Shown in pieces: positions 10,073 to 18,676 of a stretch of 64,000 nucleotides of DNA. The DNA lies in NCBI GenBank assembly GCA_039091335.1, contig JAWCME010000001.1, forward strand, positions 10,024-74,023. Reading direction: 5' to 3'. Position 1 is the stretch's first letter, and each line of letters opens with the position of its first letter. Origin of the DNA: Candidatus Aenigmatarchaeota archaeon (GTDB lineage Archaea; Aenigmatarchaeota; Aenigmatarchaeia; CG10238-14; SCSR01). The notes beneath the pieces were generated by a model, which was not told the origin of the DNA, ran no database searches, and worked only from the letters and a program-made list of their open reading frames with translations. Position numbers and translations under genes: made by a program.

Positions 10073-10677
10073 TGATAGAGAAAATATTTGTAAGGGAGGA
10101 AATAAGAAAATGTGAGGTAGAGGAATTTCTTGCTAAAAAATTTGAAAAAGCAGGATATAGTCATACTGAAATAACACGTACTCCGCTTGGGATGAGAATA
10201 ATAGTTTATGCTTATAAGCCTGGTCTTGTTGTTGGAAAATCTGGAAAACGGGTAAAAGAGATAACTGAAGAAATAAGAGAAAGGTTTGGGTTTGAAAACC
10301 CAATGCTTGACGTAAGGGAAGTAGAAGAACCTTTTCTTGATGCTAACATTGTTGCAAAAAGAGTTGCAAGGGCATTAGAAAGAGGGATAAATTTTAAAAA
10401 GGTTGCAAACTACTATGTTGAAAAAGTAATGGAGGCAGGAGCAATAGGAGTGCAAATAAAAATTGGTGGAAAGCTTATGGGGGCAGAAAGGTCAAGGTTT
10501 CAAAAATTTCAGAAAGGTTTTATAGCACACTCTGGAGATTATGCAGACGTTTTTGTAGAAAAGGGATATGCACAGGCGTCAATAAAACCCGGAATCATTG
10601 GAGTTAAAGTTAAAATAATGAAAAGGGCCCCAAAAGAGCTTGTACTGGAGAAAATTAAGGAGGAAGAAAATATTTAA
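10072..10677 (+). CDS. rps3: 30S ribosomal protein S3
   Basis: KH-domain region VVGKSGKRVKEITEEIRERFGFENP. Confidence 0.9.
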   Translation: MIEKIFVREEIRKCEVEEFLAKKFEKAGYSHTEITRTPLGMRIIVYAYKPGLVVGKSGKRVKEITEEIRERFGFENPMLDVREVEEPFLDANIVAKRVARALERGINFKKVANYYVEKVMEAGAIGVQIKIGGKLMGAERSRFQKFQKGFIAHSGDYADVFVEKGYAQASIKPGIIGVKVKIMKRAPKELVLEKIKEEENI

Positions 10678-10752
10678 ATATAAAATGAAAATTTAAAAAA
10701 GGAGAAGAAATGTATATCTTCCTGAAAAATGTTGCTTCTTGTGAGGATTTAA

Positions 10753-10968
10753 ATGGCCATAATTAGAATGAAAGAGATAAGAGAGATGAAGGAAGAAGAA
10801 TTAAATAAAAGGCTTTCTGAATTAAGGTTAGAACTTATGAAAGAAATGGGAAATGTAAAGATGGGTAGACCAATTAAAAATCCTGGAAAGATTAGGGAGT
10901 TGAAGAGAGCCATTGCTAGAATTTTAACTTTAAAGAGGGAAAGAAGTAAAAATGCAAGAAATATGTAA
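10753..10968 (+). CDS. rpl29: 50S ribosomal protein L29
   Basis: 71 aa; [31 protein letters not shown]. Confidence 0.85.
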   Translation: MAIIRMKEIREMKEEELNKRLSELRLELMKEMGNVKMGRPIKNPGKIRELKRAIARILTLKRERSKNARNM

Positions 10969-11251
10969 GGTTTGTGGATATCCGATTGAATTTTGTGTAT
11001 GTAGAACAATAGAGAGGGAAGCACAAAAAATAAAAATTTCTGTAGAAGCAAGGAAGTTTGGAAAAAACATAACGGTTGTTGAGGGAATAACAGAAAATGC
11101 AAAGGAAATTGTGTCACAATTAAAACAGATGCTTGCTTGCGGTGGAACTTATAAAAATAACAAAATAGAACTGCAGGGGGACCATAGAAATAAGATTAAA
11201 GAAATATTGATGAAACTGGGATATGGAGAGAATCAAATAGAGGTAATTTAA
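10952..11251 (+). CDS. translation initiation factor SUI1 (aIF1)
   Basis: 99 aa; Zn-knuckle [13 protein letters not shown] plus SUI1 core; conserved position between L29 and Rpp29. Confidence 0.8.
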   Translation: MQEICKVCGYPIEFCVCRTIEREAQKIKISVEARKFGKNITVVEGITENAKEIVSQLKQMLACGGTYKNNKIELQGDHRNKIKEILMKLGYGENQIEVI

Positions 11252-11270
11252 CCATAAAAAAATTATTAGT

Positions 11271-11549
11271 ATGATAACCCCAAAAAATTTGGTTAGGCAT
11301 GAGCTTTGTGGACTTGAAGTTAGAATTAAAAAAAGTACAGACCCCACGCAAAAAGGATTGAAAGGGAGGGTAATAGACGAAACTTACAACACATTTAAAA
11401 TTGAAACTAAAAAAGGAGAAAAGATAGTAGCAAAGAAAAACTGTGTCTTCGTTTTTATTCTTCCTAGTAAAGTTAGGGTTGAAGTTGAAGGAAAATTGTT
11501 AGTAGGAAGGCCAGAAGATAGAATAAAGAAGAAATTTCCTAGATGGTAA
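11271..11549 (+). CDS. rnp1: RNase P protein component 1 (Rpp29/Pop4)
   Basis: LVRHELCGLEVRIKKSTDPTQKGLKGRVIDETYNTFKIE; conserved operon position. Confidence 0.8.
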   Translation: MITPKNLVRHELCGLEVRIKKSTDPTQKGLKGRVIDETYNTFKIETKKGEKIVAKKNCVFVFILPSKVRVEVEGKLLVGRPEDRIKKKFPRW

Positions 11550-11801
11550 CTAAATGACTTCATGAATTGATCTTTTATTTATAGTGAAAAAGATTTATTT
11601 TCAAATCACTCTATAAACTCCATCACAGTTTTTTCTACGACATTGAAATATCTAAGCCCTACGGATATGATTTAGTTGTTACTTCCATCATTGATTGTGG
11701 AACTATTGACCAAGAAATCAACCCCAAAAATATCTTCTCACAAAAATTTTAAAAATTCTGAAATTTAAAAAGTTTCTTATACATATTTAAAAAATGAGAA
11801 A

Positions 11802-12140
11802 ATGGAGAAGAGAAAAATAAGAGATATTGGTATAGAAGCAAACCCACCAGAAAGAACATGCTCAAACCCAAAATGCTGTTGGCATGGTTCAGTTAAAATT
11901 AGGGGTAAAATTATAGAAGGTGTTGTTGTTTCTTCTAAAGCGCAAAAAACAGCAATAGTTGAAAGGGAATACTTTCACTTTATTCCAAAGTACGAAAGAT
12001 ATGAAAGAAGGAGGTCGAGGATACCCGCTTATAATCCTGAATGTATTTCTGCCAAAGAGGGGGATAGAGTTAGGATTGGTGAATGCAGACCTTTATCAAA
12101 AACTAAGAAATTTATAATAATAGAAGTTTTAAGAAAGTGA
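11802..12140 (+). CDS. rps17: 30S ribosomal protein S17
   Basis: CSNPKCCWHGSVKIRGKIIEGVVVSSKAQKT. Confidence 0.85.
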   Translation: MEKRKIRDIGIEANPPERTCSNPKCCWHGSVKIRGKIIEGVVVSSKAQKTAIVEREYFHFIPKYERYERRRSRIPAYNPECISAKEGDRVRIGECRPLSKTKKFIIIEVLRK

Positions 12141-12544
12141 AAAAAATGAAAGCTGTAAAAGCTAGGATAAAGCGTTCTATTCCTGTTGGAAGTCGTATAA
12201 TTTGTGCAGATAATACCGGAGCAAAGGTATTACAAATAATTTCTGTGTTTGGATATAGGGGGGTAAGAAGAAGGTACCCTTCTGCTGGCGTTGGGGATGT
12301 TGTTAAGTGTAGTGTCAAGGAGGGTGTCGTGAAGATGAGGAAGCAGATTGTAAATGCAGTAATAATAAGACAAAAGGCAGAGTATAGAAGAGCAAATGGA
12401 ATTAGAATCAAATTTGAAGACAATGCTGGGGTAATAGTAGATGAAAATAATACACCACGTGGTACCCTGATTCGTGGTCCTGTAGCGAGAGAAGTCGTTG
12501 AGAGGTTCCCTACCATAGGAAAAATCGCTAGTGTGGTGGTTTAA
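12137..12544 (+). CDS. rpl14: 50S ribosomal protein L14
   Basis: ADNTGAKVLQII ... KFEDNAGVIVD. Confidence 0.9.
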   Translation: MKKMKAVKARIKRSIPVGSRIICADNTGAKVLQIISVFGYRGVRRRYPSAGVGDVVKCSVKEGVVKMRKQIVNAVIIRQKAEYRRANGIRIKFEDNAGVIVDENNTPRGTLIRGPVAREVVERFPTIGKIASVVV

Positions 12545-12919
12545 ATGAAGAGACCAAAATCAAAAAAAGCGAGAAAACAAAGAAAGTTTTTATTTAATGC
12601 CCCATTGCATGTTAGAAGGAAAATTTTGTCGGCCCATCTTTCTAAGGAGCTAAAAGAAAAATACAAAAGAAGAGCATTTCCGATAAGAAGGGGGGATGAA
12701 GTAGAGGTTATGAGTGGGGAATTCAAAAAAAGGAAAGGAAAAGTGATAAGGGTTGATTTGAAAAAATACCATGTTTATATTGAAGGAATAACAAGAAAAA
12801 GAACAGACGGAAGTGAAAGGCTCGTTCCATTTCATCCATCAAAACTGAAAATCACAAGTTTAAACTTAGAAGACAAGAAAAGGATGAAAATACTTGAGAG
12901 AAAGGGCATAAAATTTTAA
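12545..12919 (+). CDS. rpl24: 50S ribosomal protein L24
   Basis: KOW motif [20 protein letters not shown]. Confidence 0.85.
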   Translation: MKRPKSKKARKQRKFLFNAPLHVRRKILSAHLSKELKEKYKRRAFPIRRGDEVEVMSGEFKKRKGKVIRVDLKKYHVYIEGITRKRTDGSERLVPFHPSKLKITSLNLEDKKRMKILERKGIKF

Positions 12920-12977
12920 CTTTTTAATTAACCCTTTTTAAATATTGAAAAATAATTTACAATAAAAAGTTGATGGT

Positions 12978-13676
12978 ATGAAAAAAATGAAGAGGTTGGC
13001 TACACCAAAATTTTGGAAAATTCCAAAAAAGGTTGGTAAATGGGTAGTTTCTCCCATTCCTGGCCCGCATAAAAAAGCTGAATGCATGCCTTTGCTATTG
13101 ATTGTTAGAGATTTATTAAAACTGTGTGAAACAGGAACTGAGACAAAAAAGATGATAAAGGCTGGCGAGGTTCTGGTCGACGGCAGAAAAAGAAAAGAAC
13201 ATTCTTTCCCCGTTGGATTGATGGATGTTATTTCCATTCCAAGAATAAGAAAAAACTATAGAGTTATACCTAGCAAGAAAGGCTTAGAAATTGTTGAAAT
13301 AAGCGAAGAAGAGGCAAACAAAAAAATATGTAAGATAAAGAATAAGACCATTCTAAAGGGAGGTAAAATACAGCTAAACTTACATGACGGAAGAAACTTA
13401 ATCGTGGATAAAGATTTTTATAAAACCGGAGATTCTCTATTAATAGAACTTCCGAGCCAAAAAATTTTAGACCATATAAAGCTTGATAAAGGAAATTTAT
13501 GCTTGATAATAAGTGGAAAAAACTCTGGAAAAATAGGAAAAATAGAAGAGGTTGTGAAAAGAAAGAGTATGAAAGAAACAACAAAAGTTATTTGTAATGT
13601 TGATGAAGAAAAAATTGAGGTAACAAAAGATTTCTTAATACCAATAGGAAAGGACAGTCCGTACCTGAGGTGGTAG
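12978..13676 (+). CDS. rps4e: 30S ribosomal protein S4e
   Basis: MKRLATPKFWKIPKKVGKWVVSPIPGPH signature. Confidence 0.9.
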   Translation: MKKMKRLATPKFWKIPKKVGKWVVSPIPGPHKKAECMPLLLIVRDLLKLCETGTETKKMIKAGEVLVDGRKRKEHSFPVGLMDVISIPRIRKNYRVIPSKKGLEIVEISEEEANKKICKIKNKTILKGGKIQLNLHDGRNLIVDKDFYKTGDSLLIELPSQKILDHIKLDKGNLCLIISGKNSGKIGKIEEVVKRKSMKETTKVICNVDEEKIEVTKDFLIPIGKDSPYLRW

Positions 13677-14182
13677 AAATAGAAAATGTGATGAAAAGAA
13701 TAAGGATTGAGAAGGTTGTACTAAACATTGGTTGTGGTGGAGATCCGAACAAGATTGAAAGGGCAACAAAACTTTTGGAGTATTTGACCGGAAGAAAGGT
13801 ATTCATAACAAAATCCAAGAGAAGAAGCACGTTTGGGATTGCAAGGGGAAAGCCTGTAGGAGTAATGGTCACTTTAAGAAAGGGAGAGGCCTTTAATTTT
13901 TTGAAGAATGCTTTAAAGGCAGTTGACAACAAGCTAAATAAATCACAATTTAACGACGGTAATTTTAGCTTTGGTATAAAAGAATACATAAACATTCCAA
14001 ACATTAAGTATAGGCATGATATAGGAATGCTTGGGTTGGATGTATGCGTATCTCTTGAAAGGCCTGGGTTTAGAGTAGAAAGAAGGAAGATAGAAAGAAG
14101 GAAGATAGAAAGAAGACATAGAATTAGCAAAGAAGAGACAATTAACTGGGTAAAAAACGAGTTTGGAGTTGAAGTTGTTTGA
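13670..14182 (+). CDS. rpl5: 50S ribosomal protein L5
   Basis: IEKVVLNIGCGG ... RGKPVGVMVTLRK; the C-terminus carries a duplicated ERRKI pentapeptide. Confidence 0.9.
   Translation: MVEIENVMKRIRIEKVVLNIGCGGDPNKIERATKLLEYLTGRKVFITKSKRRSTFGIARGKPVGVMVTLRKGEAFNFLKNALKAVDNKLNKSQFNDGNFSFGIKEYINIPNIKYRHDIGMLGLDVCVSLERPGFRVERRKIERRKIERRHRISKEETINWVKNEFGVEVV
14078..14116 (+). repeat. 15-bp direct tandem repeat (2.6 copies) inside the rpl5 coding sequence
   Basis: gaaagaaggaagata occurs twice exactly, followed by a partial copy; encodes ERRKIERRKIERR. Confidence 0.8.
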
Positions 14183-14191
14183 GGTGGTAGC

Positions 14192-14338
14192 TTGGCTGTA
14201 AGGAAGCTTGGAAAAGGAAGGATTGTTTGTAGAAGATGTGGAAGAACTGGTGGGGTAATTAGAAAGTATGGGCTATATTTCTGCCGGCAATGTATGAGAG
14301 AGATAGCTAGAAAGATGGGTTTTAAGAAATATTCTTAA
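14192..14338 (+). CDS. rps14: 30S ribosomal protein S14 (Zn-ribbon type)
   Basis: TTG start, 48 aa: (M)[54 protein letters not shown] Shine-Dalgarno about 8 nt upstream. Below the ORF-track length cutoff. Confidence 0.8.
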   Translation: MAVRKLGKGRIVCRRCGRTGGVIRKYGLYFCRQCMREIARKMGFKKYS

Positions 14339-14362
14339 AACAAAAATTATAAAATTTATTTT

Positions 14363-15226
14363 ATGTTTGAGATTATTTCTATAATTACAGCCTTTGTGGG
14401 TTCTGGTATAGCATCTATATTTGATTTGAAAACCACTGAAATACCAGACAAAATTCCTTATGCAATGATTTTAATCGCCCTAATATTACACGGAATTCAA
14501 TCAATAATTCAATGGAACTATAAACCATTTTTAAATAGTCTTATTTCTGGCATTTCATTGCTTGCTTTCGGGTTTGTTATGTATCGTTTTGGGCAGTGGG
14601 GAGGAGGTGACGCAAAAATTTTATCGGCAATTGGCTTCTTGATTCCAGAACCCCCCAGTGGGTTTTCTTCACTTCTTCTTCCATTTCCTGCAAGCTATCT
14701 AATAAACGTGTTTTTGGTGGGGTCAATTTACATGCTATTCTATGCATTTGTGTTTTCTCTAATAAACAGAAGAATATTTTATAAATTTGTTGAAGACATA
14801 AAGGCGAGTAGGGAAGTGCTATCAATCGGATCTTTTGCTCTTCTTTTTTCCTTCCTTTTCATAAACTTTTTACTGTCGACATTTTTTAACTTGAGCTTTG
14901 ATTTTATATTTTTTTTGAAGAGTTCTTTTTTGCTATTATTTCTGACTTTATTCCTTTTTACAATATGGAGATTTACAAAGGCTGTAGAAGATTTTGGTTT
15001 TAAAAAAAGGATACATGTATCAAAGCTTAAGGTTGGGGATGTGTTACTGAAATCTAAACTTTGGGAAGGAATAACAGAAAAGGAATTGAAAAAAATTAGA
15101 AGATCTGGAAAAAAATTCATTTATATAAAGGAAGGTGTTCGATTTGCACCCTCTTTTCCATTAGCATTGTTTTTCACTCTTTTTTTTGGTGACGTCCTGC
15201 TTGTTTTTATGAAAATTTTAATGTAA
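14363..15226 (+). CDS. A24-family prepilin/preflagellin peptidase (PibD/FlaK-like) with C-terminal extension
   Basis: First catalytic Asp context FDLKTTEIPDKIP; second Asp motif GQWGGGDAKILSAIG; polytopic membrane protein. Confidence 0.55.
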   Translation: MFEIISIITAFVGSGIASIFDLKTTEIPDKIPYAMILIALILHGIQSIIQWNYKPFLNSLISGISLLAFGFVMYRFGQWGGGDAKILSAIGFLIPEPPSGFSSLLLPFPASYLINVFLVGSIYMLFYAFVFSLINRRIFYKFVEDIKASREVLSIGSFALLFSFLFINFLLSTFFNLSFDFIFFLKSSFLLLFLTLFLFTIWRFTKAVEDFGFKKRIHVSKLKVGDVLLKSKLWEGITEKELKKIRRSGKKFIYIKEGVRFAPSFPLALFFTLFFGDVLLVFMKILM

Positions 15227-15244
15227 AAAAACAAATAATTAATT

Positions 15245-15874
15245 ATGCTAAATGGTTTTTTCAATTGGATACTGAATCTTTTTGGTATAAGAAGGGAGAT
15301 AAGACTTGGAATCTATGGTGCTACAAATGTCGGAAAAACAACCTTAGCAAATAGGATTTCTATGGATTGGACCGGAGAGCCTGTTGGAAAAACATCTGTA
15401 ATCCCCCATGAAACAAGATTTGTCCAAAAAAAGGAAAAAATAGAAATAAAGGTTGATGGAAAGAAGATGATGATAAACCTCCTTGATATGCCTGGAATTG
15501 CAACAAAGGTTGACTATAGAACCTTTTTAAAATATGGTATATCTAAAAGAGCAGCAAAGATTAGAGCAAAAGAGGCTACTGATGGTATAATAGAAGCAAT
15601 AAAATGGCTTGGAAATGTTGATACAGTGTTGGCTGTAATGGACGCCACGCAAGACCCATTAACTCAAGTTAACATAACATTGTTAGGAAATTTGGAAGCA
15701 AGAAAAATACCTGTTATAATTGTTGCAAACAAAATAGATAAAAAGAACGCAAAACCCCAGGCAATTAGAGAGGCATTTCCTCAATATCCTGTTGTTGAAA
15801 TTTCTGCATTAAAGGGAATTAACATGAATGATTTGTATCATACAATAGCAAAATATTCTAGGAGGAGAAGATGA
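15245..15874 (+). CDS. small GTP-binding protein
   Basis: G1 GATNVGKTT, G3 DMPG, G4 NKID, G5 SALKG. Confidence 0.65.
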   Translation: MLNGFFNWILNLFGIRREIRLGIYGATNVGKTTLANRISMDWTGEPVGKTSVIPHETRFVQKKEKIEIKVDGKKMMINLLDMPGIATKVDYRTFLKYGISKRAAKIRAKEATDGIIEAIKWLGNVDTVLAVMDATQDPLTQVNITLLGNLEARKIPVIIVANKIDKKNAKPQAIREAFPQYPVVEISALKGINMNDLYHTIAKYSRRRR

Positions 15875-16290
15875 AATTAAAGAAATTAAGATTGGATTTT
15901 GTTTCTTCCTCGGTACTTGAAGGAAAAACAAAGGAGAAGAGGATAAACTTCATCTTAAACAAAGTCAAAGACGGCTCTGTGCTTGTAACAGATGCCGTTC
16001 TACACCCAGAAGAGGAAATGGACCTTATAAAAGAAACTATGAGACGTGTTGACGACGGTTTTCCTGGTATAGAAGTATGTAGTCTGAAGAAGGAGAGAAG
16101 AGGAATTCAGTTTTTGATTGAAAACATTAATGAACAAAGGTATAAACTAATAAGATTTATAGAAAATTTAACTGGAAAGAAAAATTGGAAGCCAAACCTT
16201 AAAACAGGAATAACATTGATAGGTCCTGCAAAAATAATAAAGAGAATAAAGAAAAATCCGGATTCGTTTTCTGTTTTGGCAGAGGTATAA
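15871..16290 (+). CDS. conserved archaeal protein (DUF2073-like), translationally coupled to the GTPase
   Basis: Start overlaps the GTPase stop (ATGA). Recalled as the conserved archaeal trio GTPase / DUF2073 / Zn-ribbon. Confidence 0.35.
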   Translation: MKLKKLRLDFVSSSVLEGKTKEKRINFILNKVKDGSVLVTDAVLHPEEEMDLIKETMRRVDDGFPGIEVCSLKKERRGIQFLIENINEQRYKLIRFIENLTGKKNWKPNLKTGITLIGPAKIIKRIKKNPDSFSVLAEV

Positions 16291-16292
16291 TT

Positions 16293-16712
16293 ATGCATAA
16301 ATGTGTAAGATGTGGAAGCATTTATCAAGATAACGATGCTTCTATTTTAAACGGTTGTAACTGTGGCTCAATTTTCTTTCTTTACATAAAGACAGAAGGA
16401 GAAGAAATGGCGGTTGAGCAGTTGAAAAGGGAGTTGGAAGAAAGGAATACTACACTAGAAAACGAGATAAACAAAAAAATTGAGGAAAAAATATCCCAGA
16501 GAAAAATAGAAAGAGATAAAATTGTTAAGAAAAGAAGTAAGTTTAGAAGAAGTGTGTTTGGTATAGAGACTGTTAGGATAAAAAAAGACGGTGTTTATGA
16601 AATAAACATAGATGCTTTGATGAAGAAAATGCCACTTATTGTACTTGAAAAAGGAAGAGTTTACTTAATTCATCTTCCCTCTGTTTTTGAGGCTGAGGAG
16701 CGAGAATCATAA
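16293..16712 (+). CDS. Zn-ribbon protein (DUF2072-like)
   Basis: N-terminal CVRCGS...CNCGS zinc ribbon followed by a charged helical tail. Confidence 0.4.
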   Translation: MHKCVRCGSIYQDNDASILNGCNCGSIFFLYIKTEGEEMAVEQLKRELEERNTTLENEINKKIEEKISQRKIERDKIVKKRSKFRRSVFGIETVRIKKDGVYEINIDALMKKMPLIVLEKGRVYLIHLPSVFEAEERES

Positions 16713-17084
16713 AATTCCTAGTTCTTTATCTTTTTTTACTATTTCTTTAATTTCTGGCCTCATCTCCAAAAGTGATTCAAAAAGTTCATTTTTATACTCC
16801 TTGCTTATTATTCCCTCCTCTTCTATTGTTTTCAGAAAAATGAAAGTATCAATGTTTACATTAATTCTTCTATCCTTTACAATGCATTTCTCTGAAAAAA
16901 TTTTAAACCTTCTTCTACATGCTTCTGCAAGCGTACTTGCATTTATGTTATAAATTTCAGCAACAACTATTTGCTCCGGAAATACTATGTTCTGCTTTCT
17001 AGCAACCTCTTCCTTCATTTTTTTAATCATTTCCTCTATTGAACTAAAAACACACTCTTTTCTTCCACAAGGAAAATCATTCAT
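16707..17084 (-). CDS. hypothetical protein (125 aa)
   Basis: Clean ORF; no family recognised. Confidence 0.35.
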   Translation of the reverse strand: MNDFPCGRKECVFSSIEEMIKKMKEEVARKQNIVFPEQIVVAEIYNINASTLAEACRRRFKIFSEKCIVKDRRINVNIDTFIFLKTIEEEGIISKEYKNELFESLLEMRPEIKEIVKKDKELGIL

Positions 17085-17100
17085 TTAAATCCTCAGCAAA

Positions 17101-18618
17101 CTATTGAAATAAAAATCCGCTCGGAATTTTTTTAATTGCTTTTTTAAATTCTTTAGGCCATTTTTCAAATTCTAAACCCTTTTGTGCCAGAAAAACAGCC
17201 ATCCATCTTTCCAAACCAACTCCAGAACACCCTGTCCAAACTTCATTCCCTTTATCTGTTTTAAAATTCCACGCATCACTAAATTTTGTACCTGCTACGG
17301 TAACGTTTTGAAACTCAAGCCACTCGCTTTTTTCTCTTGTTCCTCTCCATGGAAGCCATCCCTCAAAATCTATTGTGCCTTTTTCCTTTTCTATTTCCCC
17401 AACCTCACCGGCCTGAACCATATACCATGGGGTTATCCATACCATCCTCCATTCTATTTCCAAAATTTTGTTGAATATTTGTTTAAACTTCTCTATGATT
17501 TGTTCCTTGATTTCTATTGCCTGCTCTTTTTTGCCCATCCATATAATTTCTATTCTATGGAACTCGCAGTCTCTCTCTATTCCATGCAACCCCCCACCTT
17601 CCCATCTGTATGATACTCCGGAATTGTCCCAAACCTTTATAGGTAGTCCCTTTTCTGGTATGGCCTTCTTTTCAAAATACCAATAGAATGGTGGGCATTG
17701 AGAAAAACAAATTCCAAGGGTTGGAAATGTAATTTTTTCCCTTAACATTTCATAAGGTATTTTGTTGGTAACTTTAACATAATCTGAAAAATCTTCCCAG
17801 TACTGTGGATCCATTTTTTCTGGTCTACTGACATAGAACATTGAGTTTGAAGATCCAGGAATGTGTCCTGTTCTTAACCAAACCTCTAATGGAGTTGTTT
17901 TAGGAAGTATTACCTCTTCAAAACCAAGTGGTTTAATTACTTCTCTTTTTACAATTTGTTCCATGACCCTCATTATTTTTGTTGTTATTGGGGTATGAAG
18001 CCAAACACCAGTACTAAATCTTTTTATCCACCCAAGCCTTTCCATTTCTTCTGACGGATCCTTATCCCAAACTGGCTTTCTTTTTGGGCTTTGCCATATA
18101 AGTTCCCAGTGTTCTGATTTACCACCATAAAACTGAAGGTTTATCTTCTCTTCAACTCTACTCAAAATTCTCTCCACATATCTGTCCTCTATTGCTGTTG
18201 AATCAAGATTTTGAAGTCTAATTATCAATTCTTCTCCTTTCTTGAGAGAGTCTTTAAACCATGGAACCATTACTCTTATATCCTTTTTTGGCATTCTTGC
18301 TGGAACATAGGAAATTTCATATTCTTTAATAATCATATTCCTTATTCCAACCTGCTTTTCTCCAAGCCTCTCTGCGAGGAAATTTCTAAGTCTTAACATT
18401 GCATCATGTGGCCTGAGATATCTTGTTCCTTCTATTGTTAAAAAAAGTTTTGTTCCCTCTATAGACCAGTGTACTATCCTTGAACCTTCTTGGTCCTTTG
18501 GCACGCCTTTCCTGAAAAGTTCTGTGTTTATTTCTTTTGCAATTATGTTTGGGAGTTGTGATTCTAAGAAATCTATTGGCCTAGAAAATTCAAATACCCC
18601 TATTAGTTTAAAGTTCAT
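17101..18618 (-). CDS. serS: class II aminoacyl-tRNA synthetase, most likely atypical (methanogen-type) seryl-tRNA synthetase
   Basis: 505 aa, same size class as the atypical SerRS. Class II motif 2 SYRWEGGGLHGIERDCEFHRIE and motif 3 GCSGVGLERW lie at the extreme C-terminus, so there is no C-terminal anticodon-binding domain. Cys304/308, Glu352/356 and Cys464 sit where the Zn ligands of the methanogen-type enzyme were mapped. The N-terminal ~170 aa is not a coiled coil. Confidence 0.55.
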   Translation of the reverse strand: MNFKLIGVFEFSRPIDFLESQLPNIIAKEINTELFRKGVPKDQEGSRIVHWSIEGTKLFLTIEGTRYLRPHDAMLRLRNFLAERLGEKQVGIRNMIIKEYEISYVPARMPKKDIRVMVPWFKDSLKKGEELIIRLQNLDSTAIEDRYVERILSRVEEKINLQFYGGKSEHWELIWQSPKRKPVWDKDPSEEMERLGWIKRFSTGVWLHTPITTKIMRVMEQIVKREVIKPLGFEEVILPKTTPLEVWLRTGHIPGSSNSMFYVSRPEKMDPQYWEDFSDYVKVTNKIPYEMLREKITFPTLGICFSQCPPFYWYFEKKAIPEKGLPIKVWDNSGVSYRWEGGGLHGIERDCEFHRIEIIWMGKKEQAIEIKEQIIEKFKQIFNKILEIEWRMVWITPWYMVQAGEVGEIEKEKGTIDFEGWLPWRGTREKSEWLEFQNVTVAGTKFSDAWNFKTDKGNEVWTGCSGVGLERWMAVFLAQKGLEFEKWPKEFKKAIKKIPSGFLFQ

Positions 18619-18676
18619 TCTCTCACATTTTTATTGTTAATTGAAGAATTTAATTCTTTTTTTTTAAATATTTTCT

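Noticed and set aside
14078-14116. Possible CRISPR-like repeat
   Set aside because: Only 2.6 copies of a 15-bp unit with no spacers, entirely inside rpl5 coding sequence. It is a coding tandem duplication, not a CRISPR array. No other direct-repeat arrays were seen.
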